64,000 nucleotides of DNA from Patescibacteria group bacterium (GTDB lineage Bacteria > Patescibacteriota > Patescibacteriia > Buchananbacterales > UBA6539), in assembly GCA_028688055.1 (NCBI GenBank), contig JAQTYZ010000004.1, forward strand, positions 33,021 to 97,020. Direction: 5' to 3'. A program made the translations under genes and the position numbers. Shown in pieces: positions 45,459 to 54,624 of this stretch. How positions within the stretch are numbered: the stretch's first letter is position 1; the number at the start of each line of letters is the position of its first letter. The notes beneath the pieces were generated by a model. That model saw nothing but the letters and a program-made list of their open reading frames with translations. It ran no database searches and had not been told where the DNA came from.

Positions 45459-46739
45459 ATGAATGTTGTTGCTAAAAAATTACCGCGCGGACAGGTTGAA
45501 TTAAATATTGAATTAACCGTTGATGAGTATCAGCCTTTTTTGGCCATCGCGGCCAAAAAAATTTCCGCTGAGCTAAAAATTCCAGGCTTCCGGCCCGGCA
45601 AAGCTGATTTAGCAACGGTCAAAAAAACCGTCGGCGAAGCTCACCTTTGGGAAGAAGCCCTTGAAGGGGCAGTGCAAAAAACTTTCGTCAAAGCGGTTGA
45701 TGAACAAAAATTAATCACCGTTGGCGCACCGCAAATTGATGTGGTCAAATTGGCCCCGGGAAATCCCATTAGCTATAAAGCGCTGGTCAGTATTATGCCT
45801 GAAGTTGAGCTGGGTGAAATCCCACCAAAATATTTTGCCAAAAAAGAAGCTGATATTAAAACCGACGATGTTAAAAAAATTATTACTGATTTACAAAAAT
45901 CACGCTCGACGGAAGCCAAAGTTAATCGCGCCGCCGCACTTAACGATAAAATAATTATTAATTTTCATACTTACCTAGATAAAATTCCGGTCGACAATGG
46001 ACGACAAGATAAATTTCCGCTCGTGATCGGCGAAAAAACTTTTATTCCCGGGTTTGAAGAAGAGCTAGTTGGATTAAGTGCCGATCAAGAAAAAGAGTTT
46101 CAATTAAAATTTCCGGAGAACTATCATCAAAAAAACTTAGCCGGAAAATTTGTGGACTTCAAAGTTAAAATGCTGGAAGTTTATGAATTAACGCCGCCGG
46201 CATTAAATGATGATTTTGCCAAGGCAATTGGTTTCCCAACTATGGCTGAAGCAGAAACAGCCATAAAGGAAAATTTAAAAACGGAAGCCGATCAGAAAGA
46301 AAATCAAAGACTGGAAGATGAAATTATTGAAAAAATAATTGACCTCAGTAAGTTTACCGACGTACCCGATAATCTCATCGATTCGGAGGTTAAAAAAATG
46401 ATTGAAGAACTGGAACATAATTTAGCTCATCAGGGTTTAAAATTTGAAGATTATTTAGTCCACCTTAAAAAAAATAAAGCAGAATTAATGTTGGATTTTT
46501 CGCCGCAAGCGATTAAGCGCATCAAAAGTGCGGTGGCCTTAAGGAAAATTCGTGAAAATAATAAGATTGAAGTTAGCGAATCGGAAGTTGACGAGGAAAT
46601 CAAAAATACCTTAGCCGCCTACAGCGGCAATCCGGACGTTGAAAAAAGTGTCGGCCAAGTGGCTTACCGCAGCTATCTTAAAAATGTTTTAGCGGCCCGC
46701 AAAGTAATTGATTATCTCAAGTCGGTAATGGTAAAATAG
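45459..46739 (+). CDS. tig: Trigger factor.
   Basis: Ribosome-binding N-terminal domain (GFRPGK) and an FKBP-type PPIase core (GEKTFIPGFEEELVGL). Confidence 0.9.
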   Translation: MNVVAKKLPRGQVELNIELTVDEYQPFLAIAAKKISAELKIPGFRPGKADLATVKKTVGEAHLWEEALEGAVQKTFVKAVDEQKLITVGAPQIDVVKLAPGNPISYKALVSIMPEVELGEIPPKYFAKKEADIKTDDVKKIITDLQKSRSTEAKVNRAAALNDKIIINFHTYLDKIPVDNGRQDKFPLVIGEKTFIPGFEEELVGLSADQEKEFQLKFPENYHQKNLAGKFVDFKVKMLEVYELTPPALNDDFAKAIGFPTMAEAETAIKENLKTEADQKENQRLEDEIIEKIIDLSKFTDVPDNLIDSEVKKMIEELEHNLAHQGLKFEDYLVHLKKNKAELMLDFSPQAIKRIKSAVALRKIRENNKIEVSESEVDEEIKNTLAAYSGNPDVEKSVGQVAYRSYLKNVLAARKVIDYLKSVMVK

Positions 46740-46759
46740 TTTTACCTAAACAAAAAACT

Positions 46760-47611
46760 ATGCAATTTGGACTTCATGTTTCGGCCGCTGGCGGCGTCTT
46801 TAACGCGCCAATTAAGGCCGCTGAGCTTGGCTGCGAAACATTCCAATTCTTTACCCGTTCGCCGCGCGGCGGCGCGGCGCCAAAATTAACCTCCGACATC
46901 ATCAAACAATTTCTTGAAAATTGCCAAAAATTTAAATTTAGCAATTACTACGTGCACGCTCCGTATTACATAAATTTAGCGTCATCAAATCCCAAGATTG
47001 CCAGCGACTCCGCCAAAATTATTCGGGAAGAACTGGACCGAAGTTCAAAATTAAAGGTAGGCGGATTGATGGCGCACCTTGGTAGTGCCAAGGAATTAGA
47101 TCGAACCATTGCCATCAACAAAGTTATTGAGGGGTTAAAAATCATCTTGCAAGGCTACCAAGGCACCACCCAATTTTTAATTGAAATCTCGGCTGGATCT
47201 GGTAATGTCATCGGTGACACTTTTGAAGAAATAGCGGAGTTAATCGAAAAAACTCAAAAAGTAATTTCAACGCCAATCGGCGTTTGTTTTGATACCGCCC
47301 ACGCTTTTGCGTCCGGCTATGATCTACGAACGGCGACCAAAGTCAATGACACCCTGTCAAAATTTGACCAGCTCATCGGACTAAAAAGGCTAAAACTGAT
47401 CCACGGCAACGACTCAAAAGTTGATTTTAACTCACACGTTGATCGACATTGGCATATCGGCCAAGGAAAAATTGGTTTAGCGTGTTTTAAAACTATTATC
47501 AACCATCCAAAATTAAAAAATGTCGATATGATTTTAGAAACCCCTGACAATGATGGTGGCTGGGATAAAAAAAATATGGCAACGGTTAAAAAATTACGGT
47601 TAAAAAATTAA
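46760..47611 (+). CDS. nfo: Endonuclease IV (AP endonuclease, xylose-isomerase-like TIM barrel).
   Basis: MQFGLHVS ... HAPYYINLAS ... metal-binding His/Glu/Asp set. Confidence 0.85.
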   Translation: MQFGLHVSAAGGVFNAPIKAAELGCETFQFFTRSPRGGAAPKLTSDIIKQFLENCQKFKFSNYYVHAPYYINLASSNPKIASDSAKIIREELDRSSKLKVGGLMAHLGSAKELDRTIAINKVIEGLKIILQGYQGTTQFLIEISAGSGNVIGDTFEEIAELIEKTQKVISTPIGVCFDTAHAFASGYDLRTATKVNDTLSKFDQLIGLKRLKLIHGNDSKVDFNSHVDRHWHIGQGKIGLACFKTIINHPKLKNVDMILETPDNDGGWDKKNMATVKKLRLKN

Positions 47612-47622
47612 CGGTACCCATT

Positions 47623-48123
47623 ATGAAGTTCGCCATCATCTCCGACAGCCATGACAACGTTCCCAATCTTGAAAAATTTTTAGCTTGGGCCAAAGTTAAT
47701 GATATTGAATTGATAATCCATTGCGGCGACCTGGCCGCTCCCGCTGTTATTAAAAAAATCTTTGGGCCAAATTGGACCAAACCATTTCATTTTATTCACG
47801 GCAACGTCGCTGATCGTGATTTAAATGAAAAAGTGGCGGCGGAATTTGAGCATGTTACTTGTCATGGCGACTTAGGCGAACTGGAAGTAGACGGCAAAAA
47901 AATTGTTTTTAACCATTACCCCAATGAGGCCAAACAACTTGCCGCCAGCGGCCAGTATGATTTGGTTTTTTATGGCCACGATCATAAGCCGTGGGAGGAA
48001 AAAATCGGCCAAACGGTTTTACGCAATCCCGGCACCTTAGCGGGAATGTTTAACAAAGCGACCTTCGCAGTTTATGACACCGCCAGTGACACCGCCAAAC
48101 TAATACTGCTGGAAAAAATATAA
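47623..48123 (+). CDS. YfcE/MJ0936-family metallophosphoesterase.
   Basis: ISDSHDN ... GD ... GNVAD ... GHDH motifs. Confidence 0.75.
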   Translation: MKFAIISDSHDNVPNLEKFLAWAKVNDIELIIHCGDLAAPAVIKKIFGPNWTKPFHFIHGNVADRDLNEKVAAEFEHVTCHGDLGELEVDGKKIVFNHYPNEAKQLAASGQYDLVFYGHDHKPWEEKIGQTVLRNPGTLAGMFNKATFAVYDTASDTAKLILLEKI

Positions 48124-48154
48124 GTGTCTTGTAAATTTATTTGAATTTAAAAAA

Positions 48155-48412
48155 ATGACATTTACTGATCATAAAAAAATATTTGAAGTTACGGTAATTA
48201 CTAACGCCAAACAATCAAAAATTGTTGAAGAGGCTGATCATTTTCTAAAGGTTAAGCTAACCGCAATTCCCGAAAAGGGGAAAGCCAATACTGAACTGAT
48301 AAAAATTTTAGCTAAAAAATTTGACGTTAGTAAATCGCAAATTGAGATTGTTAAGGGTTTGACAACGAAAAAAAAATTGGTTAGGATTGAATTTATCAAA
48401 AGTCAAAAATAA
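48155..48412 (+). CDS. DUF167 (YggU/UPF0235) family protein.
   Basis: 85 aa with a KVKLTAIPEKGKANTELIKILAKKF pattern. Confidence 0.65.
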   Translation: MTFTDHKKIFEVTVITNAKQSKIVEEADHFLKVKLTAIPEKGKANTELIKILAKKFDVSKSQIEIVKGLTTKKKLVRIEFIKSQK

Positions 48413-48492
48413 AAAATACCGCCTAGCGGTAATAGTAAAATAAAAATAAATCGCTAAATTAAGCGATTTTTTGGTTTTTTACAGTAATACTC

Positions 48493-48521
48493 TTGACAAC
48501 AATCAAATGTTATGCTATAGT
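48493..48521 (+). promoter_or_regulatory. Sigma70-like promoter driving the 48563-48810 element.
   Basis: TTGACA, 17-nt spacer, TATAGT. A terminator for the upstream gene lies just before it (48451-48475). Confidence 0.5.
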
Positions 48522-48562
48522 GATTAGTTATCGTAATTTGACAAAGTAATTTAAATTTCCGT

Positions 48563-48810
48563 CCAAAAGTCTGCAGACAGCCCAAAACGGGTCAGTATCC
48601 TCCCATGTGCTTTCCGTGCCCATAGCGGAGGGGCTAGCAGTGCCTGTAGTACTTGGTTGGCAAGAAAAAATTTGTACCTTTCAATACAAACCTCCTTTCA
48701 CTTGCCATCCAAGCTCTGCAGGCACGACAAGCACGAAATTTGTTTCTTGGAAAATCCGGCTCCGGCTCGATTTTTCCCAGAAAAAAATTTCTTGTCTGCA
48801 GACTTTTGTA
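48563..48810 (+). ncRNA. Candidate structured RNA, or a MITE-like element with 17-22 bp terminal inverted repeats. Class unknown.
   Basis: The ends CCAAAAGTCTGCAGACAG and CTTGTCTGCAGACTTTTG pair as a 17-bp closing helix. Internal hairpins include CCTCC..GGAGG, GGCAAG..CTTGCC, CCAAG..CTTGG and GGAAAAT..ATTTTCC. No credible ORF is present. Confidence 0.3.
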
Positions 48811-48867
48811 CGGGAGCAATTCCGATACTTACTTTGAACCGTTAACGACTATTGTCGTTAGCGGTTT

Positions 48868-50742
48868 TTAGTTAATCGTTGGTTCAATTATCGCCTCCGG
48901 CACTACCGTTTCAGTTGACGAAGCGTTTGGATCAACACCAATTTTCCAGACTTCCGGCCACGCCACATAATGACTGTGAAAATTCTGTTCTTTCTTGTCG
49001 CCGTTGGGATAAATAACCGTGTAGGTAAAATCAGTGTCAGCACCATTATGAGCGTGCTCAACAATTTTTTTCTCACCCGGCTTTAAATCGGTCGTCTCAA
49101 TGTAGTGCGGCTCACCCGGTCGAGTGACGTTATAAATTTTTGGCGGGTTGGGATCAAGAATAACTTGCCGGCCATCTTTAGTACCGTAAAATTCAAAAAT
49201 TAAATTATCACCTTCAAGCTTGGTCACAAATAATATATCGTGGCCGGTATCATTTAAAAATTTCATATCCGGGGCGGGATCATAAATAGTTGCGTCCATT
49301 CCGGCCGGTTCATAATACACCACGCGATAAGAATGATTCCGTCTTTCCGTAATTGGCAAACCGGCATTGAGCGCGGCCCGAAAGGTTGTGGTACCAATTT
49401 GGCACAAGCCACCACCGTATTCCGGCAAAGTTCGGTCGCCTTTAATAACCAGCTCTTGCAAATAACCATGATTGCCATCAATTGGTCCCAGCGCTTTTAA
49501 CAATGAAAAATCTTCGCCTGGTTTAATCAACACGCCGTTCAACGAACCGGCACCGACGGCAATATTTACTCGTCGATTTTTTGGACTGCCTTTAAAATTT
49601 GACGTCCCGCGACCGATCAATTCAACGATACCTAAATTATTTAAATCCCCATTAGCGACTTTGGCGGTAACGACTTCAACACTCAATGGAATATCATCAC
49701 TAATACCGGCTACGACCTGATTATTTATTTTCTCATAACTCTTATCAATATTAAGTGATTTACCATCCTGGATTGACTGAAAACTAGTCACGCGACCGTC
49801 ACTAATTTCAAACTTCGCGTCCTTAACTTCCACGTCAAGCTGCTCTTTAATCGGCTGCAAAAATTCAGCCACCAGCGCTTTGTTTAACCCAATAACAATT
49901 TCATTATTTCGCTGCTGAAATTCCAACCAACTCTGTAATTGCTTAGCAGTAATGGTCCAGCTATCCTGACCAGCGGTCAATTTCAACGACTCAATTTTTA
50001 AAATAGCCTCTAAGCCGTTTAACGCTGAGCCCAAATTTTGTTTTTTGATTTGGGGCTCCTGGAAGCTTAAAGTCATTGGAATCGGCACAAAATCCAAGTT
50101 ATTTAAATTCTTTTCCAAAGTATCAATGGCCGATTGATAATCAAAAACTTTTCCTGATTGCTCACCAATTATTTCCGGTGCCTGGTTATTAATAACCAGC
50201 CGGGCATTTAAGGGCGGCTGCTCCTGATCAAAAAAATTAGATTTTAACGTTGCTAACAATTCCGTTTTATCCAACACAAATACCGGGCTGGTGTGATGGC
50301 CAAACATAACCGTGCTCGCTTGTGACAAAAGATCGTTAATTAAATTACCACCGCGGCCATTGCGATAAGCAACATTTACCGTTTGCGACCAATCAAAATA
50401 TAAAACCGGTTTGGCTAAATCCGGGTCGGTCGCCGAAATATTAATCAGCTCAATATTAATATTTTTGCCCGCTGAACTAAAAATTAATCCCTTTGATTGA
50501 AGCTTGGCTTCAATATTTTTTAGACTCTCAAGTGCTTGATTTTTGGTCAGACCACCGACATCCAGATAACCAATTTTGGTGTTAGGATAAAACTTCGACG
50601 CGCAAGTAACTTCAAACGTAATAACCAGACCAATAATGACAACGAAGAGCATAAAAAAAACAGCGGCCACGATTAACCACCATTTATTATGATGCGACTT
50701 TTCAAAAATATCCTCAGACTTTTTATTATCTTGCTTGCTCAT
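48868..50742 (-). CDS. VanW-family protein with an N-terminal TM helix and peptidoglycan-binding-like region.
   Basis: 624 aa. YGGGLCQIGTTTFRAALNAGLPITERRNHSYRV VanW core. Confidence 0.75.
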   Translation of the reverse strand: MSKQDNKKSEDIFEKSHHNKWWLIVAAVFFMLFVVIIGLVITFEVTCASKFYPNTKIGYLDVGGLTKNQALESLKNIEAKLQSKGLIFSSAGKNINIELINISATDPDLAKPVLYFDWSQTVNVAYRNGRGGNLINDLLSQASTVMFGHHTSPVFVLDKTELLATLKSNFFDQEQPPLNARLVINNQAPEIIGEQSGKVFDYQSAIDTLEKNLNNLDFVPIPMTLSFQEPQIKKQNLGSALNGLEAILKIESLKLTAGQDSWTITAKQLQSWLEFQQRNNEIVIGLNKALVAEFLQPIKEQLDVEVKDAKFEISDGRVTSFQSIQDGKSLNIDKSYEKINNQVVAGISDDIPLSVEVVTAKVANGDLNNLGIVELIGRGTSNFKGSPKNRRVNIAVGAGSLNGVLIKPGEDFSLLKALGPIDGNHGYLQELVIKGDRTLPEYGGGLCQIGTTTFRAALNAGLPITERRNHSYRVVYYEPAGMDATIYDPAPDMKFLNDTGHDILFVTKLEGDNLIFEFYGTKDGRQVILDPNPPKIYNVTRPGEPHYIETTDLKPGEKKIVEHAHNGADTDFTYTVIYPNGDKKEQNFHSHYVAWPEVWKIGVDPNASSTETVVPEAIIEPTIN

Positions 50743-50986
50743 CTTTATTTTTCAAAACCTGATTTAAAATTGCTTTTGCCAACTTATTCCGCTCAGTTTC
50801 GCTCGCTTCATTTAAAATCACTAACTTCACTTCAGCACCAAGTTCCGAACCGGCTGGCAGAAAATCGGTCGGCCATTTAACAGTCTGCCCATCGGCCAAA
50901 GTAATCGTTGCCACACTCTTATCCAACGCTTCAATTTTACCGACTAAAAAATTTTGATTCTGGGCAATAACCGATTCAGGTGACAT
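50726..50986 (-). CDS. DUF3006-like small protein.
   Basis: 86 aa. VGKIEALDKSVATITLADGQTVKWPTDFLPAGSELGAEVKLVI pattern. Confidence 0.45.
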   Translation of the reverse strand: MSPESVIAQNQNFLVGKIEALDKSVATITLADGQTVKWPTDFLPAGSELGAEVKLVILNEASETERNKLAKAILNQVLKNKDEQAR

Positions 50987-50998
50987 AAAACAACAAAA

Positions 50999-51406
50999 TT
51001 AACTGTTAACTTTAATGGAAATATTTTGACGTCGTTCAGCTTTTGGTAAGGTAACGGTCAAAATACCATCTTTTAAAACTGCCGAAATCTTATCAGGTTT
51101 AACTTCAACTGGCAAGATGATTGAACGGGAAAAATTGCCCCAATAGCATTCCTGATAAAAATAATCAACCGCTTCGTTCACTTCTTCTCGTGAGCGCTTG
51201 CCCCTGATCGTGAGCATATCATTATTTAACGAAACCTCCAGCTCCGCCGGATCAACGCCGGCCATCGTCGAACAAACATAAATATTTTTTTGGTCTTGGT
51301 AAACATCCAGCATCAACTGACCTTCCGACTCATCGTCTAGCCAAGCTTCGGATTGCCCCAATTCGCCAAAAGAAATTTTTAAATTGTTTTTATTTTGCTC
51401 ACTCAT
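50999..51406 (-). CDS. Hsp20/alpha-crystallin small heat-shock protein.
   Basis: 135 aa. GILTVTLPKAERRQ C-terminal motif and an alpha-crystallin domain pattern. Confidence 0.85.
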   Translation of the reverse strand: MSEQNKNNLKISFGELGQSEAWLDDESEGQLMLDVYQDQKNIYVCSTMAGVDPAELEVSLNNDMLTIRGKRSREEVNEAVDYFYQECYWGNFSRSIILPVEVKPDKISAVLKDGILTVTLPKAERRQNISIKVNS

Positions 51407-51848
51407 TTATTTGTCTTTTAATACTAATATTATAAGGTAAAACGACATTAATTTCAACTGAATTATGAATGATTCAGATTGTCGTAATCATATTTTATTT
51501 TTTCCACGCCACAGCAAAATATCAAGGTTGGAATAACTTGGTTTTAATTCTAATCAACCATCACTTGAGTCTAACCGGAATTAGCAACGTGATTTTCAGA
51601 CATTACCGAAGAAAAACTGTTAACCCGACGCTAGTGTGGTTTGTTTTTTTGTTAATCAAAACATTCCATCGGTAATACCAACGTTTCACCAAACATTAAC
51701 CAACACGTTACTGCCACCATCCAATAAGCCTTAAATAAAAGCCTAAAACCACAGTCTTTTATTTTGTCTTACTCTGTTTTCTAGCCACTATCTTAGCAAC
51801 ACTTAGTTAATAGTTGATTAGGCGGTTTCAGTACTATGGTCTGCGGTT

Positions 51849-51941
51849 GTCATTGCGAGGAGTGCAACGACGAAGCAATCCCTTGATTATTTCCGGGCAA
51901 TCATGAGATTGCTTCGCTCACTGCCGTTCGCTCGCAATGAC
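51849..51941. repeat. 93-nt nested inverted repeat (long hairpin) in a 700-bp intergenic region.
   Basis: GTCATTGCGAG pairs with CTCGCAATGAC (11 bp), CGAAGCAATC with GATTGCTTCG (10 bp), TGATT with AATCA. Confidence 0.7.
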
Positions 51942-52055
51942 CTAAATTGAGAGGCTCATTGTCTAAGCCCAGTTATCAACTAATGACCATTCTTGACCTA
52001 GAAAAACTGCTACCGTTCATAACAGATAGTTAATAATGATTTACAACCTTTAATA

Positions 52056-52084
52056 CTTGACAATATATTAAAACAATGCTATAA
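52056..52084 (+). promoter_or_regulatory. Sigma70-like promoter for the 52125 gene.
   Basis: TTGACA, 17-nt spacer, TATAAT, about 40 nt upstream of the ATG. Confidence 0.6.
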
Positions 52085-52124
52085 TTTACTATTAATTAAA
52101 ACAATAGCTATAATAACCCATCAA

Positions 52125-54386
52125 ATGACCAATAAACTATTAAATTTAGCCAAAAAATGGTTAATAGCTTCCATTGCTATTATCTCGATTTTAGGTACTT
52201 TTTTACCGGCCATTAACGTTGCGGCAATTGATCCACTGACAATTTCAAACATTAATATCACTTCGACTGATAAATCAGCGGTCATCACCTGGAACACCAA
52301 TCGAACGGCTTACGCTAAAATCCAGTACGGCTTAAACACCGGGGCCTACACTTTTACGATTCAAACCAACCAAAAAGCCACCACTCAAACGATGACAATT
52401 TTTGGTTTATCAGCGGAGACCACTTATTACTTTAAAATAATGTCCGACGACGGTACCAACCAAGTTTATTCAACTGAACGCAGTTTCAAAACCAGCAAAG
52501 CAATTGATAATCAGGCGACCACCATTTCGGGTGTTTCCGTTGTTTATACCACCGGTTCGACGGCGACCATTCAATGGCAGACCGATGAAGATGCAACTAC
52601 CGAAGTTGAATACGGGATGTCCCAAACTTACGGCGCGTCAAAAGTTGACGGTCGCTTAGTTCGCAGCCACGATATCACGTTAACCGGTTTAATTGACGGA
52701 ACTTCCTATCACTTCCGTGTTAAATCAAAAGACAAAAGTAATAATATTTCAACTTGGTCTGATTCAACTTTCTCAACCAAAGTCACAAATGTGTCCGACA
52801 ATCAGGCGCTGACCATCTATAATATCAAACCGGCCGCGGAAAATGATGTCAACATCAAGCAAACTTCCGTGATCATTTCTTGGTGGACCAATAAATTAAG
52901 CGAAGGTTGGGTTCGCTTTGGCACCAGCCCGGCTTATGGTCAAGTTTTCAATACCACGCCACCGCGTGATTTTATGAATAGCGTTACCATCACTAACTTA
53001 AAACCGAACACCACTTATTATTTCGAAATTAACGGCCGTGATGTTAACGGCAAAACCGCTAACTCCGGTGGCTTCTCCTTCAAAACCGCCGCGGTTGATC
53101 AAAACAATACTGGTTCGGGCTCAACTGGTTCCGGCACTGGCTACACTGGTACTGGTTCAATTACTGGTAGTACTGGCGGAACAGTTTTAGGAATTTCCAA
53201 CTGTGACGTGAATTTAAGTTCGGATTTTGGTTATTTCGGTTTGTATTACAATTTAACTCCGGCTCATCCTGATTTTGAAACCTGGCAGCAAACGGTAAAA
53301 ACCGCCGGCCAAAATGACTGGTACAGCGCCCAATATTATGCCTTTAGTCGCGTTGATAGTACTTTAGATTTTGGTCAAAATTTTTTTCCTGTTGATGAGA
53401 AAAAAGCCAACGACCCGCACGACTTTGCGGTTCACTGGCGCGCGATTATGAATGTTCCCGACACCGGCACCTACACCTATAAAGTCAGCTCGGATGACGA
53501 TTCCTGGGTTTTTGTTGACGACATTCTCAGCGTTGACTTACACGGCATTCACAACAATCAAGATAAGCTTGTTAATATGAGCTTAACGCCGGGCTACCAC
53601 AAAATTGAAATCTACTATGCTGATCGCCAAAGCTCGCGCGCGGCCTTCACTTTTGTCAACGACAAAAAAATTAAAATTAATCCTTTACCTGACGGTTGCG
53701 AAATTTCTGATGTCTTAGCTTACAACAAAGGCTTAGGCCAAGGTTACGGCGCTGGCGGCGGTTATGTCGTCGGCACTAACAATGGCTCTGGCGGCAAAGT
53801 ATTAGGTGCCTCCAATATTGATGACGACCCCTACCGTGGCTATGCCTGTAATCCTGATTTAGGTTATACCAAAATTAAGGCTCTCTACAAAACTTCAGAC
53901 AGTCCTGACATTTGGGCGATTTTAGAAACTGGCCAGCGCAGTTATATCACCAGCCCGTTATCATTCAACGAATATCAGTGCCGTTGGAATAAGGTAAAAA
54001 CCGTATCGCGTGCCTTACTCAATAGCTATGCCTCGGCCACTTTGGTTCGAACGCCAACCGATCCAGTCATTTATCATTTATTCCAACGACCAGATGTTAA
54101 ATGGTTGAAAATAAATATTCCGTCACCAACAGTTTTCATCAGCTATCCTAATAACTACTGGGGTAATGTGGCGCGCTTGAATCATTATGACTTAGAAGCT
54201 TACCCTAAAGTTCAATTGATAAAACTTGCGAACAAACCGGAGGTATATCTGATTGATGGTGCCAACAAGCGTCATATTGCCACGGAAGCGGTATTCAAGG
54301 CTCATTACTTTGAATGGTCAGAGGTGGTTGAGCTAAACCAAACCCATTTTGATAGTTATGACAACGGTGCCGAATTGACTGAGTAA
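52125..54386 (+). CDS. Large secreted surface protein: four FN3/purple-acid-phosphatase-N-like domains, a PA14 domain and a C-terminal domain.
   Basis: 753 aa. Signal peptide, repeated ITSTDKSAVITWNTN...Y.F-type FN3 modules, a Gly/Ser/Thr linker, then a PA14 signature (HWRAIMNVPDTGTYTYKVSSDDDSWVFVDD...YHKIEIYYAD). Confidence 0.7.
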   Translation: MTNKLLNLAKKWLIASIAIISILGTFLPAINVAAIDPLTISNINITSTDKSAVITWNTNRTAYAKIQYGLNTGAYTFTIQTNQKATTQTMTIFGLSAETTYYFKIMSDDGTNQVYSTERSFKTSKAIDNQATTISGVSVVYTTGSTATIQWQTDEDATTEVEYGMSQTYGASKVDGRLVRSHDITLTGLIDGTSYHFRVKSKDKSNNISTWSDSTFSTKVTNVSDNQALTIYNIKPAAENDVNIKQTSVIISWWTNKLSEGWVRFGTSPAYGQVFNTTPPRDFMNSVTITNLKPNTTYYFEINGRDVNGKTANSGGFSFKTAAVDQNNTGSGSTGSGTGYTGTGSITGSTGGTVLGISNCDVNLSSDFGYFGLYYNLTPAHPDFETWQQTVKTAGQNDWYSAQYYAFSRVDSTLDFGQNFFPVDEKKANDPHDFAVHWRAIMNVPDTGTYTYKVSSDDDSWVFVDDILSVDLHGIHNNQDKLVNMSLTPGYHKIEIYYADRQSSRAAFTFVNDKKIKINPLPDGCEISDVLAYNKGLGQGYGAGGGYVVGTNNGSGGKVLGASNIDDDPYRGYACNPDLGYTKIKALYKTSDSPDIWAILETGQRSYITSPLSFNEYQCRWNKVKTVSRALLNSYASATLVRTPTDPVIYHLFQRPDVKWLKINIPSPTVFISYPNNYWGNVARLNHYDLEAYPKVQLIKLANKPEVYLIDGANKRHIATEAVFKAHYFEWSEVVELNQTHFDSYDNGAELTE

Positions 54387-54442
54387 TATTGACTAAGAAC
54401 AAAGTTTAATTTATACTATTTCTTGTTACAATCAAAGTTGAG

Positions 54443-54462
54443 TCCGCCTTCGGGCGGATTTA
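54443..54462 (+). terminator. Terminator after the 52125-54386 gene.
   Basis: TCCGCC ttcg GGCGGA followed by TTTAACTT, within a longer CTTGTTACAA..TTGTAACAA inverted repeat. Confidence 0.6.
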
Positions 54463-54485
54463 ACTTGTAACAATAAATTGAATAT

Positions 54486-54560
54486 GGGGCTATCGTCTAG
54501 TGGTTAGGACATCAGGCTTTCATCCTGATAACCGGGGTTCAATTCCCCGTGGCCCTACCA
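54486..54560 (+). tRNA. tRNA-Glu (anticodon TTC).
   Basis: TCGTCTAGTGGTTAGGAC D-arm typical of Glu, anticodon loop CTTTCAT, T-arm CGGGG TTCAATT CCCCG, CCA encoded. The acceptor stem has G1-U72 and U6-G67 wobble pairs. Confidence 0.8.
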
Positions 54561-54570
54561 TATCGAAAAG

Positions 54571-54594
54571 CAGAGCCTAAAGCTCTGTTTTTTG
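54571..54594 (+). terminator. Terminator after tRNA-Glu.
   Basis: CAGAGC ctaaa GCTCTG followed by TTTTTTG. Confidence 0.6.
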
Positions 54595-54624
54595 TTTTAG
54601 CCAAAGTAGATAATAAAACAAAAA

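Noticed and set aside
48607-48871. Plus-strand and minus-strand ORFs of 61-76 codons in the 48413-48867 spacer.
   Set aside because: They are mutually overlapping, have no RBS, and coincide with a hairpin-rich element better explained as noncoding RNA or a MITE.
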